This document shows positions 39,292 through 53,216 of a stretch of DNA of 64,000 bases, piece after piece; the stretch's first letter is position 1; every line of letters starts with the position of its first letter. Made by a program: the position numbers and the translations under genes. The DNA comes from Hydrolagus affinis (Eukaryota). Where the stretch lies: contig JAAILG010000070.1 in NCBI GenBank assembly GCA_012026655.1, forward strand, positions 62,001 to 126,000. Direction: 5' to 3'. The notes below the pieces were generated by a model. The model saw only the letters and a list, made by a program, of their open reading frames with translations. It was not told the origin of the DNA and searched no databases.

Positions 39292-39800
39292 AAACAACAA
39301 AATTACATTTATAGAATGCATTTCATGTCAGAAGGATGTCCCAAGGCGCTGAACAATCCGGATCAGGACCAGAGCATGGGGGAGGTGGGGGGGGTGGTGA
39401 AAGGTTGGGATGAAGAATGGCAAAGATGGAGGACAACTGAAGGCACAATCGAAAAGTTGGGTCTTGAGTCGGGCCTTGAAGGAGGCAAGGGAGGGAGCAA
39501 GGTGAATAGACTGTGGGATGGAGTTTTGGTGGGAATGGTTAAGCTTAAAGCTCGGCCACTGATGGTAGGGAGAAATTGAGCAGGCAGGAAGTCTGCTGAA
39601 CGGAGGGAGCAGATAGGTTGATAGGGTGTTAGCAGGTCAGAGAGGTAGGAGGGAGCAAATCCGTGGAGGAACTTGAAAGTGAGGTTGAGGATTTTGAATT
39701 CTATCCTCTGAGGGATGGAGAGCTAGTGGAGCTTCGGGTGAGCTGGATGTGATGGAGTCACGGAGCCTGGTGAGGGATAGGACAATGAGGTGCAGAGTTT
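39292..39800 (-). mobile_element. L2-type 3' end
   Basis: Reversed RI.FKIL.LTFK..HG motif and tail. Confidence 0.75.
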
Positions 39801-42800
39801 TGGTACAGCAAACAATAGTATGCTGTAGCTTTTGCCAAATCCAAAAAGATGACAATCATTACTGTCAAGCACTTTGAGCAGTTTCAATGAACAAGGCAGT
39901 ATAAAATCTGTAAATTCTTTTCATTTTGTTTGTGAACAAAGTCTATGACATCTTTTAAAACCAAGGACATCAGCCTTTGTTCATCAAAAAGACAGATCAG
40001 GTCACGGCGCCCACACAGAGTCCCCCTACAGCTAATGATGCTGTGTGTGTAACCCACTCTGTATCCATTGGAGATGCCAGCTACAGACAGACACGGTTCC
40101 AAGTCACAGAGTAGATTTCACATCCACGTTCAAGCTGCAAAAATACAAGCCAACCAATCACGATGATCTGGATTATTTTAATATTAATAATGTTATTCTA
40201 TTAATAATGCTATTCTCAAACATTCTACTGGTTGAGACAGCACTGTGATTGATGTAAATAATCTAGTATTTGATTATCAATCAAAACTTACATTTATATA
40301 GCACCTTTCATGTCGAGAGGACGTCCCAAGGCGCTGATATTGCCTTATTATAGTGCCTTATCATGTTGTTGAGACGTCTCAAAGCATCACAGAATATACT
40401 GTAAAGTGAAGTAAGTGCCCTGGGAAGCTATCCTGTAAAAAGAGCACTATGTAAATGCAAATTGTTGTTCAATTAACTGTTAAATACCAGGCTTTGTGGA
40501 ATCAAGATCTTAGGATCATCCCTGAGTCTTAATTAAAAGTGAATTTAACAAAAGACAGGGCTTGAAATTAAACTCTACAAGAATGCAACAGTTAATAGTG
40601 TTAAATGAACAATAAATATATCTTTCTACCTTAACTTTATCTGAAACGATATTTTCACCCTCCTGCCACCCACGCCAAGCAGGTGGGCTACTTTAGCAAG
40701 TCTGCAAATTGTGTTTTTTGAACCAGTTACTGATTCCTTTAAGAATCAATGTTGTTTATAGAATCATAGAAACTTTACATTAGACTATTCAGCACATCAC
40801 ATATGTTCTGGTGCTCGCTTTTCCACTAGAACTATTTAATTTTATCCAATGCCACTGCTCTTTATCCCTTCATGTCTGTGCTAATGTGTGCTCCCGCATT
40901 GGAGCTGCGTATTCTAATCCCATTGAAATTAAACGAACAAGGCCAGTTGATATTTAATATTCAAGCTCCAATGGTGAGGCACTGTAGCAGTTAGCTGCTT
41001 GCATTAGTATCAGTCATTCAAGGAGATAGGCTACGTTCTTGCACTGCTCTTCCCAACCTCTGCATCTCAAGTCAGCAGAAGGTGGTGCAATTAACATTTA
41101 CAAATATAATTCTATATTAAATGGAAGCCGCTTGTGCAGCTGGTACTACAATCTCCCAAACACACAAACCTTATGGCTTAGCACCAGAAACATTGCTAGA
41201 GAAAAAGTGCACCCAATTCACCGTGAATCTGTATTAAGTACACTGTGCACTAGGTTGCTCATCCATTCCAAAGGAATAAAACTTCATTTGTGTGCAGTTC
41301 TCTCAAGTCTGAGTGATAGGATTAAACACAAAAGATTTTACGATGTAAAATTAAAAGCATCTGTTACAAAAATTTTAAATTAAATTTGGGGTTGGCAGTA
41401 GATTGGGAGTTTGTTGTTGTTGTCTCAAAGAGCTTCACAGAATATACAGTAAAGTGAATTGATTGTATATTTGTGGGCCAAACGTTGACAAGCCTTAGCT
41501 CTCACAAAAAACGATCTATACGTTTCAGAATTTGATAAGCAAGGTGCACTCCTCCGAGAAGAGTATGTGTTCCATTCCTGGATAAGTGAACGTTCCACAC
41601 AGGAGTGGTATTTTCAGATATTTACTTTTAAAGATTGATTTCACATGATCCATTCGTTTTCCAATTATTCACTAATGGATTACAATCTCATACTTCAACA
41701 AAACTCTGCATTTTGAACACCCATTGTCGGAAGAGGGTGAGACAATTGTGCATCAAATTTGACAGATCCAACCTCTGTACTCAGCCTGTGTAGCAGAACT
41801 GTCAAAGACTCTTACAGAACTGCATGGGAGGAGCGGTGGTGTCACTTGAGTTGGTTTGACAGGCATGTGGTTCTAGGAGTATCTCTTAGGATTTCTGTTA
41901 AGACGTGAAAAATAGACTTCCAGGAAGCTTAGAAAATCTCACCACAGGAGGCTTCATAGGACGTTTCAGATGTGTTTCCCTCATGCTCAAATCACCTGCC
42001 AATACCAACATGAATTATAGTCACACTTGAACTGGAGGAACCACAAAATCAAATGCAAAGGCCAGGCTGAGCTCAAGGTTCAGCTGAGCTACCATATTCT
42101 GGTGTTGTGGGGGGGAAGGGGAGACACAAAGAATGCGTGTTGTCACACCAGCTTTTCCGAAAGAAACACAACTGCTGTGAAGTCTTTTCAAAACTTATTT
42201 TTTTGTATAAAGTGTCTTTGCATCAAGAATCCCCCACCCAGATATACAAGGCAGTGCATTTTATCCTGGAACAAGCCAGCATCTGTCTCATTAATCAGTA
42301 GCCTTTAATATACAGGAGGAGCTGAACCAGCAACTGAATGAAATTTACAAATAAAGGTCAAAGATGACATCAGCACTTTCTATCTGCAGTTTGGGATTTG
42401 CTGGCGTCTGATGGTGCGGTTGTTCAGAGTACTGCGTTCCTCTATACATTCTGAATGCGCCCTCTTTTCTAAATGCCCTCAACCACAAACGGGAGAAAGC
42501 AACACAAAATTTATAGAACAACCTTTGCAATAAAGAATAAGGAAGAACTTCACAAAACGAGAATAAAACAATTCACAACAGAGCAAATAAAAACATTTGA
42601 AGACCTATGCACTCTAGAGAGAACCAGTTGAGAGCTGGGAATGTTCAGGGATGTGATTCGGTTGAGACAAATCTGATAGCTGTGTTTGTGAAGGTGACCG
42701 TCTGTGGTGGTGAGTTATTCACAAAAATCGCTATTTACACAACAACACTATGCAATAGCTTGTCTATTGTACAGAAAAAGAACACGGAATTGCGATTGGA

Positions 42801-42880
42801 TCAGTTGGCTCCAGTGGAGAAGCCTGCATCACAGTAGGTGATAATCGGCCTAATGGGATCCTCAAATAATTTCTCAGATA

Positions 42881-42975
42881 CAGTAAAAGCTTGGTTATCC
42901 GGCTCCCTCGAATGGGACCTGACCAGTGCCGTTTGAAATATGCCGATATTCGAGCAGCAAGTTGCCGAAAATCCT
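42881..42975. mobile_element. MITE family B, one end only
   Basis: TA|CAGTAAAAGCTTGGTTATCCGGCTCCCTCG...GGGACCTG...GATATTCG matches the right end of 23379-23592 in reverse. Confidence 0.7.
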
Positions 42976-43559
42976 ACACAAAAGATTAACTTATTTTAAA
43001 ACATACCATATTAATAGACTAAATAATAACAGAATATTGTATGGATACTTACCAATAAAGCATTCCAGCATACTCAGTAAAATGATCGGTAAAATAAAAA
43101 TTCCAGCGTTCGTTAAGTTTAATAAGTGCACATGCACGCACATTGCACGTATGCGCAAAGTGAGCATACTCGCGAGTATCCCGGATGTCCTTAGATAAGT
43201 CATTGACAAAATAATTCTTCCGACTGGCTTCGGGAAAATAAAGAATTGGAGAATCTGTAAAAAAAAGTTTAAGGTAGTTTAACAGAAAAATTAGAGGAGA
43301 GGTTAGAAGATATTTCTTCACTCAGAGGTTGTTAGTATTTGGAATTTATTGCCACAATTGGCAACTGAGGCTGGATAAAAAGAATCATTCGAAAAGCAAA
43401 CTGAATCAGAACACAGGAAATATAAAGTGGCTTGGGGAAAAGAACAAAATCATGTTCAATTAAAAGGGGACAATTTGAGGAAAAAACAAGCAATAAATAC
43501 TGCTTAAATTTGACATTTATCACGTCAGGAGGATATCTCAAACCTCCTTACAGAATATA

Positions 43560-43865
43560 ATGCATTCTATTCACGAACAGCCATGAAGTGAATGAACAAT
43601 TTCATCTGGGGGATTGTTGGCTAGGACATCAATAGAAACTACATTCTCTTTTTAAATAGTGCTACGGGATTTAAGATCCAGCTGAACAGGCAGAAGAGAC
43701 CTCGGTTTAACATCCCACCCAAAGGACATAAGCTCCATTAATGCTGCTCACCCAGCACTGCACTGGATGCCCGGTGAATATTATGAGAGTTCAAGCTAGA
43801 CCTGGAGTTTGAACCCACAATCCTCTGACTAAGATCAGACTGCTGCCAACTAAACCAAACTGATA
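43560..43865 (-). mobile_element. Old DeuSINE
   Basis: GTTGGCTAGGACA...GAACAGGCAGA...CTCGGTTTAACATC...TTGAACCCACAA. Confidence 0.7.
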
Positions 43866-43874
43866 CTAGAGCTA

Positions 43875-44084
43875 AACAAAAGGCAAAATACTGCAGATGC
43901 TGGAAAATCTGGGAAAAAAAATCAGAAGTGGCTGGGAACACTCAGCAAGTCAGGCAGCATCTATGGAAAAGGGACAGTATTCTGACGAAAGGTCATCAAA
44001 CTGAAAGATTAACTCACTTTCATCTGTCCGTAGATGCTGCTGGGTATTCTCAGGACCTGCTGAGTATTCCCAGCAACTTCTGTT
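43875..44084. mobile_element. Fold-back Penelope-type repeat with a central hammerhead-like core
   Basis: Inverted arms CAGAAGTGGCTGGGAACACTCAGCAAGTC..GCAGCATCTATGGA and TCCGTAGATGCTGC..GACCTGCTGAGTATTCCCAGCAACTTCTG around CTGACGA...GAAA. Confidence 0.65.
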
Positions 44085-45356
44085 GATACCGGAGCTAATC
44101 CTATTCCTTGCCGCTTCATATCCTTCCTTGGGATGAATGTTATGGCCTTGCTTTCAATAGGCCTTTGTGACAAATTGCTCTATATCCTAGCAGCATTCTA
44201 CTAACCTTGAAAACCAAATATTCAATCAGATCGGCGAGCGCAAAACTTCAGATCATATGTGCACAAGCCGTCAGCAGAGGCGTTAATTTGGGGGCATCTC
44301 CTGGTTTTGTTTATATCTAATAGTAATCTGACAGTTTCTGTAAAGGCTTGCTTCTGATTTTATGGAAGTGAATCAAAGACCAGATTTGCAATTATTTATT
44401 TTGATTAATAATTGATTTTAAAGTTATGAATTATTCATTCTCAGAGCGTTAATTTTTTTTACAGGAAATGAAACAATATTACAGCAACACTGCTGTGATG
44501 TTTACTGTGTGTCTGCCTCTTCCACTGTAAGCAAATGCAGTACATCATAGTTATAACCATGCAATAATTAGATCAGCAGTGATCAGGAAGCAAACAGACT
44601 AAACCTTGCATGGAATTCAGACAAGTGGGAAATTGCACCTCTCAGCCTGATATAAGAAACTTGCACTTCAGGGTTTATCGATAAATATGCTAACACAATG
44701 CTTCCTCCCATGGATGGGGAGAATTTGTAAAATGACAAACCTGAAGAAAGAGACCCAGGTTTAAAAGCATTCACATAATTTCAAATGCACAAAACATTCA
44801 TCTTCTTCGCCTTTCAATAGACAATGAGCGATGGGATTATAAACTAGGTCTCAGCTGAATTCATAAATAGCAAATCGCTCAGTTATGCTGTTTTGCCAGC
44901 GAACAGTTCTCCTTCCAGGCACAATGGAGTGGACGTCCATCCAGTTCCATCGCATTGTGATGAGTGGAGATGATATTCCCTACACCTGCAAACTGCATTT
45001 ATAAGATACCTTTCACATTAAGTAAACTCGTTACAAAATAAGTTATGATCTGCACAAAAGGAGGCCTAGTGGTATATTGGGTCATTAGGTGTTTTTAACA
45101 TTTCTTCAGTTTATGTCAGGCTGGCTCAGTGGTTGCACTCTTGCCTCTGAGTCCCAGGTCAGGGCTTGAAATCGGTCTAATCTGACCTGCCAATGCAGTG
45201 CTGGAGGTGTGTTACATAGTTGGAATTCTTCAGAAGAGACATTAAACGAAGTTTCCATCTGCCTGTTCAGGGGAATGTTAAAGATCCCTTGGCATTATTC
45301 AAAAAGAGAAAGGAGTTTATCTGATGTCCTGGCCAACAATTCACCAAAATTTAATT

Positions 45357-45671
45357 GGGAGTTCTGTAGCTCAGTGGTTAAGAGCACTCACCTTCTAAGT
45401 GAGAGACCTGGGTTCGATTCCCAACAAAGTGAAACCTTGTGCAGGTTTCCTTATTCCACCTGCCTCATAATAAACCCTCAAGCAAAAAATATAATAAATT
45501 GGTCACTTCAATCCACGACTGTTTGTGGCACACTACGGTGCGCAATTGGCTTATGTGTTTCACCCACAAATTATACAGTCAATTCACTTTACAGTATAAT
45601 ATATTCTGTGAAGCACTTAGACTTCTAGAAGACATGAAAAGCACTATATCAAATGCAAGGATTATTATTAT
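45357..45671 (+). mobile_element. Young SINE adjoining an older DeuSINE (45110-45356)
   Basis: Full head, body and tail, directly after older sequence ...GGAGTTTATCTGATGTCCTGGCCAACAATT. Confidence 0.9.
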
Positions 45672-48600
45672 AAATAAAATGTAGTCATTCACATCACAGC
45701 CTGAAGTGTATGTTGCAATACAGTTCCAAGACCAGGTTCTAAGATTTTACACTTGGTGAAGGATATTATATAAACATAGGTTATTGTAGATCACTAGCAG
45801 TGTATCATTCATGGGCCATTCTTAGTCCTAGAAGAATTGCCAACAGACTTCTCCCTTTTTAAAATTATACTCCCCTCCCCAAAATATAGTGTCCTCACCA
45901 CATCCATGCATGTACACTGGCAGCAGATTACTGGGCAGCAACTATCTCTGAAATCCTTTTCTAATCCAAACACACCAAGGCAATTTACCCCCACCCCTGC
46001 CAAGGTAAGAAGTAAATATGTCACATATTACTCACTACAATGTTATGAGACATTGAAAAGCTTAATAGAGATGTAGCAGTAAAGGTGTTAATGGTAGAGC
46101 AGACTTAAAGAAAAAATTAAGGACAGAAAGAGCAGTTCAGGTCAACAAGTAATTTAACAGAGATCGATTGAAGACCGATATAAAGGCACAAAGTCATTAC
46201 AAAAAGCTAATCAGTCCCAATGTAGCACAGCCATGAATCCTAACAGACACGGGGTCAGGGCTATTGGACGCATGTGGTTCACTCGAAGGGATGTGTTGAG
46301 GAATAGAAGATAACCTGCTTGTAGCTGACATGGTAATCAGCCCATCAAAGAGTCTTCAGATGGCAAACATTAGCATCTGTGAAATTACTTTGATAATGAT
46401 GCAACTTCACAACTGCAACACTTAAAATGATGCATATTGGAAAGCTGGAAATATGCTTGCGTTGTGCCGAGCACAAGCCATTCACTCTGGCCATTGAAAC
46501 ACAAACAGAAGTTTTTCAGATTTCCAGCATTTGCAATATTTAGCATTTTTGTTTCATTCTGGACATTGGTTAGAATGAATACCTACGGTAGCAGAGGCAG
46601 GAATATCCTAAATAGGAAAGGCGCTATTATTAAAATGAGTCTGCTATTTGCACACATACACACACACGTAATTTTGAATGGTAAATTCACATTCTATGGT
46701 TTCTCTGGCATGTAATGTGCAACGAAGCGTTCAGCTGACTATTTCCCGTAATGTAGCCTCTATATATTCAATTGCTTTTCCTTTCATGACAATGCGGTTG
46801 GCCAATATTGTTTTTCCTAATATAGTAGAGTGCAGATTTTCTGTGCAATGAATTATACTGGAGTAAATAAATTGGTCTCCAAGTTCCAGTTTTACTTTGT
46901 GCCATTTTTAATCCATGTAAGGATGCTGCACATCAGAGAACAGGGCGGGGGGGGGGCAAAAAAATCACAGAAATGTTACCAAACTTATGACAAGAAAGCA
47001 AAGGAAGTGAGTTCGGGGTCAGGCAGTGGCATGGAATGGCCTGTGGCAGAGCAGGCTAAAGGATTTCTTCTTGTTCCAAAATAATCCAGAGCCCAATTTG
47101 TATGAATCTATTTTATGCTCAGGAAGCTGCATAAATCGTAAGTCATTTCTTACACAACAGGATCTAAATTGCAGTGATCAATAGGAATCCTTAATAAGAT
47201 CTTCAGGGTATATCATGCCAATGCATGAAAAAAAAATGTTCTGAAAGTAGGTGGAGTGTCTGCAGGTCACTCACTAAAACGATTTGTGATTTTTGAGTTA
47301 AAGAAACCTACGTGTTTAAACTCACTATAATTTAAACTCCAATACTGATATTTTAAATGCAAGGGCTGATATAAAAATCAGATTTCAAATGGCATCATGG
47401 AATGTGAAAACTACAATTCTCCTCTGAGAGGTTCTCTATTTAAAATGCTGTTTTCTAGCTAACTGCAGCTCTTCAACAGAATATGTGCTCTATCAGTATC
47501 AACCTCTACTCCAATACCAAGCTTGTTAATCTTTCTGTGCCTTGAGATCATGCTTGCAAATCTTATATCCTCCGCCTTTCGCCACACTTCTGAAGTTGGA
47601 AGTAGTAGAAGTGCACTCACTGAAAAGGAAATGAAAGCTAGGGACGACTCAGTGTTAAAGTAGATTAAAATGCCAGACAAAGGTTACCAGCAATTACTCA
47701 GCAATACTTCCATCATGCCACAATGACATTTTACAGAAAGCTGATCAGGTATTCCACAGGGTGCGGTGTGCCAAATTACAATGCTCAGTGGTGTCCTCAA
47801 TTACTTCCCATAAAACATATCACACAGGAGGACATTCAGCCTTTTTTTGTGCCCCTTTTAAAATTATATACGAGAAACCCACGTTTATGTCAGCTTCAGC
47901 CAATTTGTCATTACATTCACAAGGGAATTTTATAACTTTTTAAACAAATAAATGATTTGAGGAGTGTCTATTTGGAGGGGCACAAGAGATAGAGCAGTTG
48001 ACAGTAATGGACTTTTCTATCCTGTACAGAGCTATGCTCCACACAGCATTTCATTACATCTGTATTAATCCTTTTAATACTCAGTTCTGGTCCAAACCAA
48101 AGATTTGCCTAGCTTTTATTTATAACTCTGGTAAGCAGCAAGGCATTAGCTGCGACTCGATTCCACAACTCGGTGGAAAGAAAATAAATTCTTCTAATCT
48201 CATCTTTAAAAATTGTTAATTGTGTTCCCATTTCCTGCAGTTCTGGAATCAGAGTCTTAAATTAAATAACATACCTACATCTAGGTTATTAATTCTTAGT
48301 AATTTTAAAAGCTGATTTATGTCTAGTCTTAAGACTCTTTCTGTAAATCAATAAGTTTCCCCAAAGGTTTAAGAGTCCGAACTCTTGGAACAATTCCAAT
48401 TTTATCTGATCTCCTCTCCCGACACTTCGATGGATACAATATATCGCTGGAAGAATTTAATGGGGGGAGCAATGCAATACAGAAAACAAAAAATAAAATG
48501 ACAGAATAATAGAAATCAAAACCCTCTGATTCAGCTACTGATTACTAACCCAGTTACTTTTTCAGCGTACAATTTCTGTAAAACAAAGAGCAGGAATTAA

Positions 48601-50984
48601 GTGCACTTAAGTAGCATTGCCTTGCTTGAATTTTAGGGTGCTAATAAGATTAGAAAAATAGAACACAAGCAAATATCACAGATATTTAGAGTAGGTTTGC
48701 TGTAGCAATAATATAATGAATGAGGTTTGGGATTGTGCTGTTTACAATGATCAATTACGGAATAAATTTTTGTCTGACCAATGATTCTCTCTCCTTCAGT
48801 TATTCACATCTGTCCTGACACACAAGGCAGTCTCTGAGTGGAAACAAATTAGGAACAGGCATTTAGGATTAAATAATACCTCTCTATCGGTGGATAAAGC
48901 ATTATGTGTGTGTGTACATATGTATATATGATACATATACAGCTACCATAGGTTCTGCTGGCCATTAATTGTCAAATAGTGAATAATAGCAATTTTAATG
49001 AACTGCAAAGCCCAACCACCCAATAACAAACTTGGTTGAATTTCCCAATTGATCAGAAATCAAGAACTTTGGCTAATTTCGCTCCACCCAAGATCAAAAA
49101 GTGTCATCACTGTAACTTGGCACATACACGGGACGAACGCCTTAAGATTTCACTGTTGTGGCTCAGTACTGCTCTGTGATATATTTGCAGCGAACCACTG
49201 GGCAAAATCCCAATAAACAGCTAACAAACATTATCACATACTGAGAGAACACATTCATGATCTCTCAGCACGATATGGGGAATTAAATCTGCAATGCATT
49301 CCTGCAAAACAAACACTGCCTTATGTGGTGATGCTCAATACTGTTTTAAAATCCATTGATTATATTGAGCTAATAGGGTTGTTGTTATGTTGGAGAGTTC
49401 GGGGTCGGGTGGGGGAAAGAAATCATATGTGAGCCCTTTGCCTCATCCACACAGCAAGAGTCAATGGACGGAGATAGGAAGCACAAACCTAGAGTAACTT
49501 CTCTCTTCCTTAACTGTGGTACTAAATACAACTTAAATTTTTTTTTTAAAAAAAGAATCTCCTTGTGGAACAGAGCTGGCTCCAAAATGATGTGCTTCTC
49601 ACCAGTGTCAGAAATAAATCAATCCTCTATGGACACTTTTTATTTTAGTCAGCTAGGATTCTGACATGTGGAAACCCACCACCACGCTTAAGAGTAGCCA
49701 AACCAGACAAGAGTTCCATGCATCCCACCTATACATGGAAAGGTCTGCCTCTAGGATAGAATATGCTTTCCTGTTCCCTGGAGGAACACGCCATACTTAC
49801 CTCTGTCCAGAGCAAAAGGTACAAGTTTGGCTTGAGGACCTATTGGAGCCTGCTGGAGTAGCTAAAACCACGACTTTCCATTGAAAGCTCTGTTTGGCAA
49901 GCTTCCTGCTGCTTATCCACATGCCCTTTACAGCAAGACCCAGCACAATCCCATCCCCAAACTCTTCCAAACCCACACTACTTCTCTCTTTCTATCTCTG
50001 CCTACAAAAATAAACTAAAACCACTTATTTTCCCGGATCCTTTATTTTTTGCCCTTTTTCAGTTTGTATAGTTGCATTTGTCAAACGCTTTGAGACTTTC
50101 ATTTTTGTAAAAGTAGCTTTATAGGTGTACGTTGCAAACCTCCTATTAAACCAGACTGAGCCTCCTATTAAAACAGAGGCACTGAGGCAAAGATTACAAT
50201 ATACGCACTCCTCACGTGCTGAATTACGTAGGCCTTCAATGCATCATGAGGCTCTGGTCAGAATGACAAGCTTGACACATTATAATGGACAAGTGATAAA
50301 CTGTGGGTCTTTAACTGGGATTTTTCAATGGCCCCTGAATAAACCAGGGACTGAGAGAGACTGATTATCCATGCAGGGACTCAGCTATTCAGTCAGGGGG
50401 GAAAAAAACCACTATACCACAAAGAAACGAAACAGACATATCCACAGATAAGATCAGCTCCAGCCTTGCCTTTAAATGAAGGCCAGCAACTGGCACCAGG
50501 TACAGGATGGTCCTGCCCAATACAGAAATAGTCATAGGAAATCAAATTTTGAAGATCCTGTTTCCATTGAGCTCAAATGTAAATGACCTTCTAACTCCCT
50601 ATTGCAGTGCTCCTCTCTCCCTCTCTCTCTTTTTCTCCCCTTCCCCCATTGCAATTCATATTTTTTCCTTCCTATTCAAAATCATGAAACACAAAAGAAA
50701 ATTGAATTTTTTCCACTTGTTTTCCTACGCTTTCATTCCTCTGCGTGAAGGGGTTTCCAGGCCACCCTATTATAAATTGAAATTTGTTTTTGCAACCTCT
50801 ATATTTTTTGCAACCTCTAAACATTTCCTCACTCTCTCGTCATCTTGCTATTTCTTTTTCCATTTCTTTTTCTTGTCGCTAGACTAACTAACACAGCAAT
50901 GCCAGCTGGGTTGAGGTTAGAGCCCCTCCACGCCCTGCATCCCCACACCAATCCAGTGTCTGTTTCTCTGTTTACTGTGTAGTA

Positions 50985-51715
50985 CAGGTACCCCACCCCA
51001 ACCGCATTTTTTTCTACCACTAATTTCACTTACCCACGGTTGGCTCGCTGCGACAACCCTTGCTTAACCGTTGCTTATCCGCGGGTTTTAACACTAACAC
51101 TAGAGTTTGGCGCTAGGACCCAGTTGCATCAACCAGCTTCTCGCTAGCATCTGGCGCTAGGACCCAGTTGCGATGTCGCAATCAACCAGCGAGATGTCAC
51201 TTCTCTCTTAGGATTAAGGTAAATCTCTGTTAATTTCTCTCTCTCTCTGTCTGTCTGTGTCTACAGATCCTGGCAGCCAATGCTCCCAAACTTACTTCCC
51301 CTATCCCCATATCACCACACCATCTTCTCCACATCCCCCCACCTCTGTGTCACCACCACACCACCTTCTGCACACCCATCCCACCCTCCTTGTCACCCAT
51401 CACACCACCTTCTGCACATAACCCCCATCTCCGTGTCAGCCACCACACCACCTTCTGCACACACCCCCACCACCCATCTCTAAGGCACCCACCACACCAC
51501 CTTCTCTGTTGATTTCTCTCTCTCTCTGTCTGTGTGTAGATCAGTCAGTCAGTCAAACAGCCTCGCGGATTGCTGCAGATCCCGGCAGCCAATGCTCCCA
51601 AACTTACTCCCCATATTCCCATGTTTCCCATAGGGCCCTGTATTTTCCAACCGCAGTTTTGCCAACCGCGGAGGTTTTCAGGAACGTATCCCCCGCGGTT
51701 GGGGAGGGACACCTG
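50985..51715 (-). mobile_element. MITE family A, copy 2
   Basis: TA|CAGGTACCCCACCCCAACCGC ... GCGGTTGGGGAGGGACACCTG|TA; internal sequence is the reverse complement of copies 1 and 3. Confidence 0.9.
51310..51505 (+). repeat. C-rich tandem repeat within MITE copy 2
   Basis: About 5 CACCACACCACCTTCT(G/C) units. Confidence 0.75.
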
Positions 51716-51740
51716 TACTGAATATTGTTTAAAAGCTTAC

Positions 51741-51827
51741 CTTCCTGTGCGAGAGGTGCTAGTCCTACCTAAAGGGTCAGCAGCTTGCTCTTCAGAACTG
51801 AAGTGAAGTTTCTCAGCCACTGCATAT
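51741..51827 (-). other. Candidate 87-nt CAPN15 5'-UTR exon with an internal 18-aa uORF
   Basis: Minus strand: ACTAAT branch-like motif, CATCTCTTTGTACAATTTTCAG acceptor, GGAAG|GTAAGC donor, alternative donor TAG|GTAGGA. Unique sequence, same strand as CAPN15. Confidence 0.5.
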
Positions 51828-52530
51828 CTGAAAATTGTACAAAGAGATGTTTCTATTAGTTCTTGATATTTTCTCCGACCTAATTTAGTCACATGGAGCT
51901 CTGTTAGTGCTTTCATAGACTCCTTCCCTTTTAAATTGCTGCTCTGTCTAATAAAGCACGCAAAATAAGACTATCAATCCTTCTCCATTGAGAAAACAAA
52001 TATGCAGGCCAATCTAACAGTTACAACAATTCAAAGCATTGCATAGTGTGAAGGGTTAGGAAACATTTCCATATGGTAGGATATTGGCTCAAATATAAAG
52101 ACTGATTTATCATTAAATAATCCTAGATAATCTGGAATAATCGGCAGGGTATTTTCCATTAAATTACATTTCGCTGGATACATTAAAAATTGTAAAACTC
52201 CAAATCTCAAGGAAGGTTCTTGACGCAAATGTTTCAAATCTTTCTTTGTAATAAAGGTCCACGTTCTGCCCCCTAAAGTATAGCCTGTACTTGGCGCAGT
52301 AATAATCACCATCATTTTCATTTGAAGAATCCATTAGTGAAACAAATACTCCCAAAGTTTCCAATACATAACACAATGCAGAAATTTGATCCAAGGATAT
52401 TTATTTAGCAACATGCAGAGGAAGGAAGAGAGATGCTAAACACAATATTGTTTCATGGCACGCTCATATTGCAGGTTTGAAAATATCCCTCTCAGCAGAT
52501 TCATCTCTCAATAACCCCAAGATGTCAGTA

Positions 52531-53216
52531 TAGGTGTCCCTCCCCAACCGCGGGGGATACGTTCCTGAAAACCTCCGCGGTTAGTAAAACCGCGGTTGGA
52601 AAATACAGGGCCCTATTGGAAACATGGGGATAGGGGGAGAAAGTTTGCGTTTCGTAGAACTAAACACAAAAAAACACATACACAGTTATAACATACATGG
52701 AGATAGGGGGAGTAAGTTTGGGCGCATTGGCTGCCAGGATCTGCAGCAATCCGCAAGGCTGTCTGACCTACAGACACTCAGAGAGAGAAAAAGAGAGAAA
52801 TCAACGGAGAAGGTAGTGTTATGGGTGACACAGAGGTGAGAGAAATCAACGAAGAAGGTGATGTGGTGGGTGACATGTTTGGGAGCATTGGTTGCCAGGA
52901 TCTGCAGACACAGAGAGACACAGACACAGAGAGAGAGAGAGAGAGAAAGAGAGAAATCAACGGAGATTTACTTTAATCCTAAGAGAGAAGCAACATCTCG
53001 CTGGTTGATTGCGACATCGCAACTGGGTCCTAGCGCCAGACGCTAGCGCAAAGCTGGTTGATGCAACTGGGTCCTCGTGCCAAACGCTAGTGTTAAATGT
53101 TAAAACCCGTAGATAAACAAGGGTTAAGCAATAACCATTGCGTGATTAGCAAGGGTTGTCACATTTAGCAAACCGTGGATAAGTGAGTTTAGCGGTTGTC
53201 GAGGGCGTGGTATCTG
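52531..53216 (+). mobile_element. MITE family A, copy 3
   Basis: TA|TAGGTGTCCCTCCCCAACCGCGGGGGATACG ... degenerate right TIR GGTATCTG|TA. Confidence 0.88.

Noticed and set aside
49795-49860. Strong donor GAG|GTAAGT at ~49800 as a UTR exon
   Set aside because: Lies at the edge of an old repeat copy and has only a weak acceptor; cannot be separated from pseudo-exon noise.
51100-51505. Direct repeats as a CRISPR-like array
   Set aside because: Degenerate internal MITE tandem repeats without regular unique spacers, in a vertebrate intron.
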